Source of the DNA: a virus
Virus record (IMG/VR): IMGVR_UViG_3300025530_000001
Location: 1-64,000 of that record
Reading direction: 5' to 3' (one strand)
DNA: 64,000 nt
The notes below the pieces were generated by a model, which saw only the letters and a list, made by a program, of their open reading frames with translations, searched no databases and was not told the origin of the DNA. Both the position numbers and the translations under genes were made by a program. Positions 32,552 through 42,766 of the stretch are shown piece after piece (position 1 is the stretch's first letter; each line of letters begins with the position of its first letter).

Positions 32552-34564
32552 ATGCTGGAGTCTTTGAAGTCCAATCAAATTCGTGCAGTGCCAGCAGCCG
32601 TGCCTTTCCCTGTTTCGTTCAAAGAGCAGAACCAAGATCGACTTTTCAAGCAGGTTGCTTTTCCAGGAAAATCTGGCTCATATCGGATTCGCACCATAGG
32701 TGCCGATCTTCGCTCCGTATCAACGGTTTCGCAGAAATCGTTGAATACCGGATTAAGCGCAGATGGGCCGAGTGGCCAGTTATTCCGAGTCAAGGCATTT
32801 CTGAGCAAACCGGATACTGGGGTCAGTGAATCTTATTGGCTCACGATGAAGAATAGCTACTATGGCGGGGTTCAGGCTCACAATCAGTACCGTATGCGTG
32901 GCGTCTCGCTGGAGAAGTTGAAGAGCGACTGGGTGTATTCCGAAGCACGTGATGAAACCAATCACATCATCATTTATGAGCTCCTCTACGATTTGCTCAA
33001 TATCATCGATTATATCGAAGATGATAATATTGAAGCTTTCCTGTCATTGATCGCAAAAGAGGCGTATCGATCAGTCGTTCACAAGGAAAATGTAGTGCTC
33101 CTGCAAGGCGTGGAGCCAGACGAATCGGTGGAGTACAACATGCAGGATTCAATTGCTTCGTTGCTTTCAGGAGCAAAACGCTTGGATGAATCAGTCATGA
33201 CACATATCAAGAGCGCCTTTGAATATGTGGCAAGCAAGCTTCAGTATGCGTTCCGTGAGGACTTCCTGGCAAACAAGCAAGAATTCCTCGAATTGATGAG
33301 AGTCTATCGGATATACGAGAAGATACAACAAAGACCTTCGGATGTTGTGTCTGTAGTGCTTGAAATGTTCCTGGAGGAATATATCGATCGAATTGTTCAA
33401 TCTTCAAATCTTGAAGTGCTCTTCGAAAACGATGAAAATAAGGCGATTTATTTAGAAGGCCGCTATGAGTTGGATGTGAAAGCAGAACTATTGAAGGCAG
33501 CATTTGCTATAATGCCGCATGACAGTTTTGTTTTCCGCGCAAATGGTACGGTAAAATTGTTTACAGAGCCTGTGTCCAATGAGCAGTTCGATTATCGAGC
33601 AGCAGAGTCTGTTTGTGATACACTGGCGTTTGTGTCCAGTCAGATTAAAGAGACTCTTCAAATTGGCGCATCTGAAGAAATCTATCAATTCTTGAGGCTG
33701 CTGATTCAAGAAATCTACCTTCCGTATGCTCTTGTTGATCTGCGATCTGCATTGGTGTCTATCGATCTGGAGGACGCCAAAGATGAAAACGGAATTGATG
33801 ACCGGCTTGTCGAGTACGATCTCATTGAAGGAGATTATGTGTATCGATCTATGCTGCTCCGAGATATTCTTACGCAGCTGCTGGTCGGCGGCGACTCCAT
33901 AAAAAATGACATCGAAGCAGAATTCGTGGATCGGTTCATTGATCATTTCATTGATCAGCGACACGCACTTGTTAGCTATGAGCTTGCAGAGTATATGGTC
34001 CTGCTCTCTGAAATGGGCGAACGATTTATGATCAAGCACAGCGAGCTTTTTGAGCATCAAGACAGCATTGGCATAGAGGCTAAGGATTATTCCAGCATTC
34101 ATCCGGCATTGCAAGAAAGTTTGACGCATGCCATCGACGTAATGTTGGATAGTTCATTCGCTGTATCCTCAGATAGCCCCGTTCCTCATGATGAAGTCTT
34201 TGATGCGCATTACGCAGAGATCATAAAAAAACATCTTGATCTAAAATGTGCATTGATGGACTACTATTGCGTTTTAGCCCATACTGGCATTTTACTGTCC
34301 GCAGACTCTCCTATCCATGCTGGAGACGAGAAAGCGGTATTGGCAGATGATGGAGTTTTCACCGTCTACAAGCCACACTTAAAAGACACGAAGTTAATTA
34401 ACCCGCGCACGCATCGAGCGATTCATCTGCACACAGAGCTGAGTGATCGATACCGTCTTCCAGGCAAAGAGGAAGTTATGTACGCTCTTGGTGATGTCAC
34501 AAAGCAGGGATGGCCAATCGGTGTGTTTGTACTGGGAACCAATACTCTAAAAGGACAGGAGTGA
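32552..34564 (+). CDS. hypothetical virion-module protein
   Basis: 670-aa long ORF in the structural operon. Confidence 0.65.
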   Translation: MLESLKSNQIRAVPAAVPFPVSFKEQNQDRLFKQVAFPGKSGSYRIRTIGADLRSVSTVSQKSLNTGLSADGPSGQLFRVKAFLSKPDTGVSESYWLTMKNSYYGGVQAHNQYRMRGVSLEKLKSDWVYSEARDETNHIIIYELLYDLLNIIDYIEDDNIEAFLSLIAKEAYRSVVHKENVVLLQGVEPDESVEYNMQDSIASLLSGAKRLDESVMTHIKSAFEYVASKLQYAFREDFLANKQEFLELMRVYRIYEKIQQRPSDVVSVVLEMFLEEYIDRIVQSSNLEVLFENDENKAIYLEGRYELDVKAELLKAAFAIMPHDSFVFRANGTVKLFTEPVSNEQFDYRAAESVCDTLAFVSSQIKETLQIGASEEIYQFLRLLIQEIYLPYALVDLRSALVSIDLEDAKDENGIDDRLVEYDLIEGDYVYRSMLLRDILTQLLVGGDSIKNDIEAEFVDRFIDHFIDQRHALVSYELAEYMVLLSEMGERFMIKHSELFEHQDSIGIEAKDYSSIHPALQESLTHAIDVMLDSSFAVSSDSPVPHDEVFDAHYAEIIKKHLDLKCALMDYYCVLAHTGILLSADSPIHAGDEKAVLADDGVFTVYKPHLKDTKLINPRTHRAIHLHTELSDRYRLPGKEEVMYALGDVTKQGWPIGVFVLGTNTLKGQE

Positions 34565-34572
34565 ATTTTCCA

Positions 34573-36645
34573 ATGAATATGAAGGCAATCCAAAGGCTCC
34601 TAAACTTGCTTCCTGACGGCCCGAAGAAAGAGCAGCTTATGGCCAAGTTTGCAAAAGCGCAGGGTCAAGCAAAAGATGGTCTTCATGACGTGTTCGAGTT
34701 TGCTGCAAAAGGTCACATCAAGATCGAGCAAATCGACGAGAAGGGCAATGTGATGGGTGTGCTCGCAGACCAGGCCAACCTGGTCGTAGACGGAGCTGAG
34801 GAAATTCTTTTGCGTGCTTTCTCTGGCGATCCGGACCGCACTCTGTATAAGGTTCGCATTCCAAAGAGCGAAGATGGCACAAAGACTTTCCACATCGCAG
34901 TTGATGGTATCTCAGAGGTAGTGGATGGTGTCGATCAGCTCAAATATGCGCCAAACGTATACTGGAAGGCTGTCGAAGACGATGAGTTCGACATCTCTTA
35001 CGGCTACCGGCCTAAGACAGTGTATCTGAAAGAAGAAGCTTCCATGGAAGTCGGCAAGAAAGCATTCAAGATTTACCCGAAGCCGGTGTCTGGCGGCATT
35101 CCGATTACTTCGGAAATTTACAGTACGCAAACCAATCTGTTCATCGGCCTCGGAGACGGGGAAAATGCCCCAATTGCGTTGGATGATAGCCGTCTGAAGT
35201 ATACGGGCGATTGGACAGATGAGGATGGAGCAAAAGTGGCTGGGGCACCCAGCGATAGTGTGACCTTTGAAGAAAAGATCAGTAACTTCGCTGTAGAATT
35301 CGCCACTTCCGAGTCCGGGGCTCGTGCCGAAATCCTCGTGAACGATCTGGTGGTGGATACGGTTGAGACGTTCTCAGCAACACCTGGCATCAAGAAGGTC
35401 GAGTTCAAAGGCTATGATCACACTGCAACAACCAAGGTTCAAATTCGATTCAAAGATGCAGCTCCGTCCATTGAAGAGCCAAAGCTCGTGATTAAGAGCT
35501 TCCATTCCGATGCGCTGTCGAAAGACATGAACAAGCTGATTCACGAGTTTGAAAACTTCACGAACAACTTCGACACGGTGACCTCATATAACACAACGAA
35601 TGTCGCTCCGTTCTACACACAGCTTGAACATTATCCTGTTGATCCTGATTCGGTTGTGGTGGACTATGGAAGCACCGCATATGAGCGTGTCGGCTCCTTG
35701 GATGAAGTGACCGAAGGCAAATATTATCTGGACGCAAAGACTGGCAAACTGTACTTTAACAGAACACTCAGCGGCTTGCTGATCAAGTATCACACAACCG
35801 GCGAGCGTTACTTGCTGAAACCGCACACTGCATTTACGGCAACAACTGTAACACGCAGCATCAAAAACGAGGTGCCGGATGGTGCGATCGACGGAACCAA
35901 CACAAAATTCCAACTCTCGAAAGTTCCGGTAAATGTCGGCTCACTGAAACTGAGGCTGGTTGAGGAAGGCGGAAGCGACAGGGATCTCGTTGCTAACGTG
36001 GATTACACAATCAATGTAGCGACCGGTGAGGTCATCTTGACGAGTGCTCCGGTAGAGGGCCAGGCCCTGGTAGCTGAATATAAATCTGACGCTTCAGGAA
36101 GATTCATCGAGCTTCCGCATGCCATTGATTCTGTGAAGGTTCTCGATTTTGCGACGGGTGCCGAACTATCTCAGGCTGTAGATGAAGCAAGATTTGACAA
36201 AGGAATGTTCTTGATCGATGCGTCAAACAAGAAGAGAATCATTGTCAGCGATCAAGATGCTTCTGGGGCCAGCATTGTGAATTATGAAATCCTGTATCGA
36301 TCTTCGGAAGCTCCAGGATTTGAAACGGGGTATACACGTCAGGTGATTGAGAAGCCAAAGATTGGAATCGCCTATCCATGGTATCAGCTGGATAAAGGTT
36401 CTGTCAGCTTCATTGCAGAATTCCCAGAAGGTGTCCCGAACCATAACGTCACAATTCGTGAAATGATCCTGGCCAATGGCCCACGGAAAGATGACAACAT
36501 CGACGGGTTCAATGATTACCCGGTGGATGCATTCTCTATCGTTCGTGTCGGAGAGACTCGCAAAGAAGTGACAACCGGAATTCGAGTAACCTGGACGATC
36601 ACGCTGCTTAACAAAGACGGAAATCCGTTCTACGGCGGCTATTAA
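34573..36645 (+). CDS. virion structural protein, paralog A
   Basis: 690 aa from ATG 34573 (AGGAGTGA RBS). N- and C-terminal similarity to the next gene. Confidence 0.65.
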   Translation: MNMKAIQRLLNLLPDGPKKEQLMAKFAKAQGQAKDGLHDVFEFAAKGHIKIEQIDEKGNVMGVLADQANLVVDGAEEILLRAFSGDPDRTLYKVRIPKSEDGTKTFHIAVDGISEVVDGVDQLKYAPNVYWKAVEDDEFDISYGYRPKTVYLKEEASMEVGKKAFKIYPKPVSGGIPITSEIYSTQTNLFIGLGDGENAPIALDDSRLKYTGDWTDEDGAKVAGAPSDSVTFEEKISNFAVEFATSESGARAEILVNDLVVDTVETFSATPGIKKVEFKGYDHTATTKVQIRFKDAAPSIEEPKLVIKSFHSDALSKDMNKLIHEFENFTNNFDTVTSYNTTNVAPFYTQLEHYPVDPDSVVVDYGSTAYERVGSLDEVTEGKYYLDAKTGKLYFNRTLSGLLIKYHTTGERYLLKPHTAFTATTVTRSIKNEVPDGAIDGTNTKFQLSKVPVNVGSLKLRLVEEGGSDRDLVANVDYTINVATGEVILTSAPVEGQALVAEYKSDASGRFIELPHAIDSVKVLDFATGAELSQAVDEARFDKGMFLIDASNKKRIIVSDQDASGASIVNYEILYRSSEAPGFETGYTRQVIEKPKIGIAYPWYQLDKGSVSFIAEFPEGVPNHNVTIREMILANGPRKDDNIDGFNDYPVDAFSIVRVGETRKEVTTGIRVTWTITLLNKDGNPFYGGY

Positions 36646-36665
36646 GAATGGGGAGGTAATCGGCG

Positions 36666-38375
36666 ATGTTTGATCAAATGCAAGTGAACGCAAAGGGCCG
36701 GGTAAAGCTGGAGCTCTACAATGAGCATGGCACATTTTTCGTGAAGGAAAAGAAAAACCTGGTCGTCAACTCGGCGAACGAAATCATAGGAAAGGTGATG
36801 TCGGACCCGGCGAAAACCGTCCGGGCCCATCAAACCGACAGAGGCGACACAACAGTGGCCGCCAATGCGAATGGGCATTATGTGTTTGCGCTGTCCAAGC
36901 AGCGTGAAATGGATGGAGTCTACGAGGTTGACAAAGGCTCATCCAACACCAGCCTTGAGCTCATCATCCCGGATATCAAGCAAATCACTGAACTCAAGAA
37001 GGTAACAGTGAATGGTGTCGATCTGATTATTGATCAGGACGTATTCGTGAAGGATGCCGACGCCGGCAAACTGGTGTTCACCGAAGCTCCTCTGAATACG
37101 GTCAGGATCGAATTCCGCCATCTTGTGAATCCTTATGTGGAAATCGTCGCCGGCACGGAAGAGGTCAAGGTTGGTGGAGTAGTCTTCCAAAGAGGAGCAG
37201 CACCATCTGATGCAAATCGAACCTATGCTATCGATTATGCGACCGGCGTGGTTCTGTTCGAAAGTGCAAAAACAAAAGTTGATGTGAGCTACGACTTCAA
37301 GGTACGCTATGGCCTTGGATTTATGGGAATCGGCGGACTGCCAGAGGGCCACCCGCAAGGCAAACCGGTTGAGTTCAATAACAGCGACAAACTCAAAACC
37401 GGCATGAGCGGTGAGTATCAAGGCGCTCGCCAGCTGATCCAGTATCCGGCTGCGATCTCGAAAGGCAAAGCAGAGGTTCAAGTGCTGCCAACCAAACCGA
37501 TTCAATATGCAGAGAAAACATTTACTGCCACAGGCGACGGCGAAACCGACACGTTCGATGTTCAGAACCAGAATAAGGTTTTGAAAGTGGTCAGCGCCAA
37601 AGTCAATGGCGAGAGCACTGAAGCAACTCTGGTGAGCGCCGTTGATGGAACAGTGAAGATGGGGACTGTGCCTGAAGAAGGAGCCATCGTTGAAATCGTG
37701 TTCCAGGAGCAACTGGGAAATGATTATCTGACCTACTACCTGGCTGAAGGTCCTGTGTTGGAGCTGGTGTCAGTTCGACACGAATCGAACGATCATACAA
37801 TTACTGATTTCGTCGTGGAATCGAAAGGCTTGGCAATCGGCAAGGGCGATGTGTGGCTGCTGAATCCAACACAAGGCATTGTGCAGTTCAAAGAAAATCC
37901 ATCGGTCGGTGTAACGCCTGATACGCCGGGATTCTTGACCTTCGAATATCGCATCAATTCCGGCACCACAGTTCAGTTCGTTGCCGATTTCCCGAAGGGC
38001 GTGCCAGGACCGATGCTGGTGGAAGAAACTGAAGTGCTGCCGATTGCGGAGGGCGTATCGACGTATGTGCTGAAGCACACAGTCGCTAAAGACAACTCCG
38101 GCAACAATCTGGCTGAAGTAAGACGAAATGGAGCGCTTCTGGCCGAAGGAACACACTACACCATTGAAGGGTCACAAATCCGGTTCAACTCCAGCTATGC
38201 GCCAACAGATGTCATCGCTGTAAAGTACAGCTGGTACAATGAAACGCATGACATCTATCAAGTGGCCATGTTCACAGAGCAAGAAGGCGGAGAAATGTTC
38301 AATATCTCTGGCATTGGACCGGTAACAAAGGACAAGAATACCGGCATGCGGATCACTTGGTCTGTAACATTCTAA
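36666..38375 (+). CDS. virion structural protein, paralog B
   Basis: 569 aa with GGGGAGG RBS. Confidence 0.65.
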   Translation: MFDQMQVNAKGRVKLELYNEHGTFFVKEKKNLVVNSANEIIGKVMSDPAKTVRAHQTDRGDTTVAANANGHYVFALSKQREMDGVYEVDKGSSNTSLELIIPDIKQITELKKVTVNGVDLIIDQDVFVKDADAGKLVFTEAPLNTVRIEFRHLVNPYVEIVAGTEEVKVGGVVFQRGAAPSDANRTYAIDYATGVVLFESAKTKVDVSYDFKVRYGLGFMGIGGLPEGHPQGKPVEFNNSDKLKTGMSGEYQGARQLIQYPAAISKGKAEVQVLPTKPIQYAEKTFTATGDGETDTFDVQNQNKVLKVVSAKVNGESTEATLVSAVDGTVKMGTVPEEGAIVEIVFQEQLGNDYLTYYLAEGPVLELVSVRHESNDHTITDFVVESKGLAIGKGDVWLLNPTQGIVQFKENPSVGVTPDTPGFLTFEYRINSGTTVQFVADFPKGVPGPMLVEETEVLPIAEGVSTYVLKHTVAKDNSGNNLAEVRRNGALLAEGTHYTIEGSQIRFNSSYAPTDVIAVKYSWYNETHDIYQVAMFTEQEGGEMFNISGIGPVTKDKNTGMRITWSVTF

Positions 38376-38387
38376 TGAGGTGATTAT

Positions 38388-38900
38388 ATGGCAGCAACCA
38401 ACTACATGAAACGGATTGCTTTCCTGGACGGCCAAGTATTGCACGACTTTCATCTGAATACCATGCAGGCCAACATTTCAGAGGCAATCAAGCTCAAGAC
38501 GACTCAAGAGCGATATGACATGTTGTTGTTGGTGTCGCCATATAAATACTATTTTTCCGAGGCCTTTACGGATGATAGTTTCCGTGATCCATCGAGTACG
38601 GCGGAACGGAGTACGCTGACGTTCTCCATCAATTCCGACTCGTGGATCACGCCCCTCTTGGAATTGCCAGCCGCCACCGACGAGCTCTATATTCTGTCGA
38701 ACGTGGAGGAAGATCCGGAATACGGATCGTTTGTGAAATTCTACTACCGCCACAATACAAGTGGCGCGTGGACAGAAGTACAAACAGACAAAGCAATTTA
38801 CCTTGCGACTCCAAGTAAATTCGTGCAGCTCCGGGTGCAATGTGTGTACACAGGCACGGTTCGCCCGGTCTGTTACGATTTTGCACTCATGTGGAAGTAA
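38388..38900 (+). CDS. hypothetical structural-module protein
   Basis: 170 aa with GAGGTGA RBS. Confidence 0.6.
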   Translation: MAATNYMKRIAFLDGQVLHDFHLNTMQANISEAIKLKTTQERYDMLLLVSPYKYYFSEAFTDDSFRDPSSTAERSTLTFSINSDSWITPLLELPAATDELYILSNVEEDPEYGSFVKFYYRHNTSGAWTEVQTDKAIYLATPSKFVQLRVQCVYTGTVRPVCYDFALMWK

Positions 38901-38916
38901 GGAGGGGGGAGAAGAT

Positions 38917-39228
38917 ATGGCGCACGTTCAACAACACCCCCGCTTTTCTCATATTCGGATGAAAATCGGGGTTATGGCTGATTTCTCCGGATCACAGCAA
39001 GTTTTCCAGGAAGAGCCGACTGGCATTAAAGATGGTGTAAACAAAGTCTTTCGCCTCTCTCACGAGCCCATGAAGAACAGCGAGTGGGTCTTCAAAAGCG
39101 GCATGTATATGCGCAAAGGGCCTGACAAGGATTATGTAATTAACGGGAAAGACATTATCTTTTCAGAAGCGCCAGGACCCAATCATGTGATTGTCGTGAA
39201 TTACAAGTATGAGGGTGGTTCTTCATGA
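38917..39228 (+). CDS. hypothetical structural-module protein
   Basis: 103 aa from ATG 38917 (AAGGAGGGG RBS). Confidence 0.6.
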   Translation: MAHVQQHPRFSHIRMKIGVMADFSGSQQVFQEEPTGIKDGVNKVFRLSHEPMKNSEWVFKSGMYMRKGPDKDYVINGKDIIFSEAPGPNHVIVVNYKYEGGSS

Positions 39229-40130
39229 ACTTTGTTCTGAAGACCTCTCCTTCTCATACTGCGACGAATGTGCCTCTTGATGCCCGTCTTGAAGTACACT
39301 TCATGGTGGATATGAATATCAACACTCTGCTGGATAATGTCGTGCTGTTTAATGTTGATGATCAGCGAAGTGAACCGGTCGAATGCGAATATAAAAATCG
39401 CTACTTGCTGATTCAACCGAAGTCAAAGATGGAGCCATTAAGGCACTACCAAGTACAACTGGTCGGCGGAAATGACGGAATGATGGATATCACGGGCCGG
39501 CGAATGCCTGCTTCATACACCTTTGAGTTTTATACAGCTGATGTAAAAGGCATAAAGGCGCCGATACTCACGTCGCCTACGGATCAATCTGTAAGGACCA
39601 ACAAAAACGTTAAGTTCTCATGGGAAGCGGTAGAGGGCGCTTATTATTACGAATTGGAGATCTCCAAAAGTAACACGTTCGACGTGATTGAGTGGCCAAA
39701 GAGTCGAATACGCATATTCGAGCAAGAAATCATTCCGGATATCTCGTATGCAGCCGGCAATTACTATGCCAGGGTGCGATCCGTCAAAAACGATGGCACA
39801 CGAAGTGCTTATTCGGATCCTGTTCAGTTCTACTACAGCGAAGATAATGAAGAAATCGTTGAAGTCAAAGAACCGAAAACAGAGCATGGAAGCAATGAGC
39901 CATCATTAACAGCGCCCAATGCATCGGATCCATCACCAGTTGAAAGTTTGCAACAAATCTTATCCGAACAGGCCACAGAGCCCAGTGAGTTGAATGTAGT
40001 CAAGATGAGTCCTTCACCGGATTCGCTCCATCTGGCAGTTACCCAGGTGAAGGAAATTGTCCTTGAGTTTGACGAAGCCATTGACCCAGACTCTCTGGAA
40101 TGGATTTACGTGGTATCAGAAAGGAATTAA
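39225..40130 (+). CDS. Ig-like (SbsA/Big_5-type) plus FN3-like domain structural protein, ends inside a third Ig-like domain
   Basis: TSPSHTATNVPLDARLEVHF...YTFEFYT, FSWEAVEGAYYYELEIS...YYARVRS, and C-terminal SPSPDSLHLAVTQVKEIVLEFDEAIDPDSL. Confidence 0.65.
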   Translation: MNFVLKTSPSHTATNVPLDARLEVHFMVDMNINTLLDNVVLFNVDDQRSEPVECEYKNRYLLIQPKSKMEPLRHYQVQLVGGNDGMMDITGRRMPASYTFEFYTADVKGIKAPILTSPTDQSVRTNKNVKFSWEAVEGAYYYELEISKSNTFDVIEWPKSRIRIFEQEIIPDISYAAGNYYARVRSVKNDGTRSAYSDPVQFYYSEDNEEIVEVKEPKTEHGSNEPSLTAPNASDPSPVESLQQILSEQATEPSELNVVKMSPSPDSLHLAVTQVKEIVLEFDEAIDPDSLEWIYVVSERN

Positions 40131-40164
40131 ACTGCTTTCTCCTCCTCATATTATATAGATCAAG

Positions 40165-40184
40165 GCCCCTCGTTTATGAGGGGC
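40165..40184 (+). terminator. hairpin (possible terminator)
   Basis: GCCCCTC-gtttat-GAGGGGC with no strong T-run. Confidence 0.35.
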
Positions 40185-40212
40185 ATTACATATCTGAAAG
40201 GAGGGCATTGTA

Positions 40213-40506
40213 TTGAACTATATTAGAGAATTTACTAGAAATTCAACAATATTGCATGATTTATTGACTTATAATGAGTCGGACAATCCGATAGATGCTG
40301 AATTTCCACCTATGACAAAGCTCGGCTATTTTCACAATGATGGTGTTTTCGAGGATGGTCATGCTACACTGAAAACAGTAGGTTCAGGCAATAACTATGC
40401 CCTTTTTCAGATGCCAGAAAGGTTTCTTGAAGGCCATTGCATTGTCTACCAAGACACTGTTTCCGATGACCAAAGGTATTCTGCAACAAAGAGGACGGTG
40501 CATTAG
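40213..40506 (+). CDS. ORFan in AT-rich insert
   Basis: 97 aa. TTG start with AAGGAGGG RBS 7 nt upstream. Confidence 0.5.
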   Translation: MNYIREFTRNSTILHDLLTYNESDNPIDAEFPPMTKLGYFHNDGVFEDGHATLKTVGSGNNYALFQMPERFLEGHCIVYQDTVSDDQRYSATKRTVH

Positions 40507-40508
40507 CC

Positions 40509-41285
40509 ATGATACACTTGGAAGACAATTTCATTCCTCCTAAAGAATTCGGGATGAGTGGCGTCTCCGTGTCTCTTGATCCAGATAACCCCAAGAAGGT
40601 CATCATCAGGTTTTCGCAAGAATTAGAGCCTAACCATAATTATTTGGTTGTTGTCAATGAAAACCTTCGATCTGAATCTGGCAAGAGATTTTCTGAATCA
40701 CAAGTGCTGAGATTCTCAACGGAATATAGCCCGTTATATGCCAGTCCGCTCGAAGTACACAGCATTCTTCGGGGGCTATATTCTCAGTTTACGCTGTCAG
40801 AAATATATGTTGCATTGAGGAATGCTGGTCAAAAGGCGCATCAGCTGCAAGGGCTTGAGGTCGATCCATCTATTCCAGGCTTCGAGTTTTTAGCTGAAGA
40901 CGACTCGACTTATTTTCCTACCACAAAGTTTGTCGTTTACGAAGCAGCCAGAGCGCTACTGACCTCTCTGCTTATGAAGGTGTTGAGCGATAATGGGCTT
41001 GGCACAGACAGCAGCTCAAATGATCTTACGGCAGATTCTGTCACACTCGGTGATTTCTCGATCTCCGGATCCGGCGGAGGAGGCAATGCGACAGACGACA
41101 GCACAAATCCCACTTATCTCATCAAGGCAATCAACTCAACATTAGATGGAATCAAAGATGAATTGAAGTTCTGGCAAGATGCTATGATGGGCAGAAACAG
41201 ACGCGGATACGCATCTCCAGTTTCGGTAAGCTTCAGAACTGATGCGGGCAGCCCAGAAAGCAGGGATATAGATGACCAAGCGTAA
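40509..41285 (+). CDS. structural protein starting with the distal half of an Ig-like domain (neck/adaptor candidate)
   Basis: 258 aa with N-terminal GVSVSLDPDNPKKVIIRFSQELEPNHNYLVVVNENLRSESGKRF...LRFST. Confidence 0.6.
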   Translation: MIHLEDNFIPPKEFGMSGVSVSLDPDNPKKVIIRFSQELEPNHNYLVVVNENLRSESGKRFSESQVLRFSTEYSPLYASPLEVHSILRGLYSQFTLSEIYVALRNAGQKAHQLQGLEVDPSIPGFEFLAEDDSTYFPTTKFVVYEAARALLTSLLMKVLSDNGLGTDSSSNDLTADSVTLGDFSISGSGGGGNATDDSTNPTYLIKAINSTLDGIKDELKFWQDAMMGRNRRGYASPVSVSFRTDAGSPESRDIDDQA

Positions 41286-41760
41286 TCTAAGGGCTGAATT
41301 TTCAGCGGTGCTCAGGAAATATGGGCACTCAATCATCTTTGTCCATCAAGATAAGCGATTCCGATGCAAGTGTTATTCTGAGAGAAGTGGAGAAGGCAGG
41401 TCAGATTGCGGCACATGTTTTGGGACAACCTATAGGGTCAGCGTAGAAAAACGACTGACTAGGAGAAAGGTCAACACGGTTCCCGAAACACTTCCTGGAG
41501 TAAAAAAGGTTATGCCAGCTGGACACAGTGATTCGCTTGCTTATGTTTATTATCTGGAATATGACGTGGAACCCAAGGAGGGGGATTTGATCCTTGAGGT
41601 TGAATGGCAAGACAATGTTCCAGCACGCATTAAAGAGAAGCTTGTGGTCAGTGTGGCTGAACCTATGAGGCTTGTAGAGGGCCGAGTGGAGTTTTATCAG
41701 GTTTACGTTAGAACAGAGGCTAAAGGGGCGAATGATCATGCGGCCCTCACCCAGCATTGA
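41272..41760 (+). CDS. head-tail joining candidate with CxC...CxxC cluster
   Basis: 162 aa. Function assigned by position only. Confidence 0.5.
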   Translation: MTKRNLRAEFSAVLRKYGHSIIFVHQDKRFRCKCYSERSGEGRSDCGTCFGTTYRVSVEKRLTRRKVNTVPETLPGVKKVMPAGHSDSLAYVYYLEYDVEPKEGDLILEVEWQDNVPARIKEKLVVSVAEPMRLVEGRVEFYQVYVRTEAKGANDHAALTQH

Positions 41761-42766
41761 ATATATCCAGCTTCCGCACTTGTATTTCGGTGGCGGTATT
41801 GAGAGAGGAAAGCGTCTGGTGATCGCCGCCGAATCTACGCAAGGCGATTATTATAACCCGCTCCCGATCGGAGATGTTGAATATGCGAAGCATGTTTTCG
41901 GATCCGGACCCCTGATTGATCGTTATTCAGATGTCAGTCTGTTTGAAGAAGATGTTTATCTGATGAGGATAGAACGTAATGCGTTTCATGACGTTTTTAA
42001 ATGCCTTGCTCCTTTCCCTCTCGATCTTCTTTATGTGGATGGTCTTTATTTTGATCAACATTATGATGAGATCCAGGCATTCATCGACTTTGCAAAAGAA
42101 AAAGAGCATCAAGGGCAATTGATTCATGGGTTCATCAATATTAGTAAAGATGCTGACATCGATCAAGTTAAGGGTCAAATACGGCAATTAAGCATCATTA
42201 CGGAAGATGGGACTGAAGAGACAGGAAAATACCTGTCAGCTGTATTGAATCAATTCAAAAACCAAAGTGCTGCAGCTGTTTATGCAGGGCTGGTTGCATC
42301 GCTTGACGTTGGGAAAAGCCCGGTTAATAAGACCATTGATAATGTGGAGCTCAGCTACGAAGTCGATGACAAGATCAAAGAATATCGAGGAGCCGGCATT
42401 GTATGCTTTCGGCAATCATTCAAGAAGGGCGTCGTTTGTGCGTCAGCGCCTTGTGCGGTCGCCACAAAAGATAGTGTTCATAAGCAAATTTCTAACTTCC
42501 GGATCGCACAAGACATTATCAATGAAATTGCCATCATGCAACAAGCCTATGTCGGTCGCATCGGATTTAATCTGGTAGTTTCTGAGCTCGAAACGTTAAC
42601 GGAAGAACTGCTTTTGAATCGAGTCGGTTTGCAACAGATACGAAAATACGACTTTGAAATCACAGGGGATCCGATCAATGGCATCATCAATACCTCGATT
42701 GAAGTAGTGCCGATCTTTTCGATCCAGTCGATGACAGGATATGCACAAGTAAAGGTGAGATTATGA
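41732..42766 (+). CDS. neck / tail-proximal structural protein
   Basis: 344 aa. Function assigned by position only. Confidence 0.5.
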   Translation: MIMRPSPSIEYIQLPHLYFGGGIERGKRLVIAAESTQGDYYNPLPIGDVEYAKHVFGSGPLIDRYSDVSLFEEDVYLMRIERNAFHDVFKCLAPFPLDLLYVDGLYFDQHYDEIQAFIDFAKEKEHQGQLIHGFINISKDADIDQVKGQIRQLSIITEDGTEETGKYLSAVLNQFKNQSAAAVYAGLVASLDVGKSPVNKTIDNVELSYEVDDKIKEYRGAGIVCFRQSFKKGVVCASAPCAVATKDSVHKQISNFRIAQDIINEIAIMQQAYVGRIGFNLVVSELETLTEELLLNRVGLQQIRKYDFEITGDPINGIINTSIEVVPIFSIQSMTGYAQVKVRL

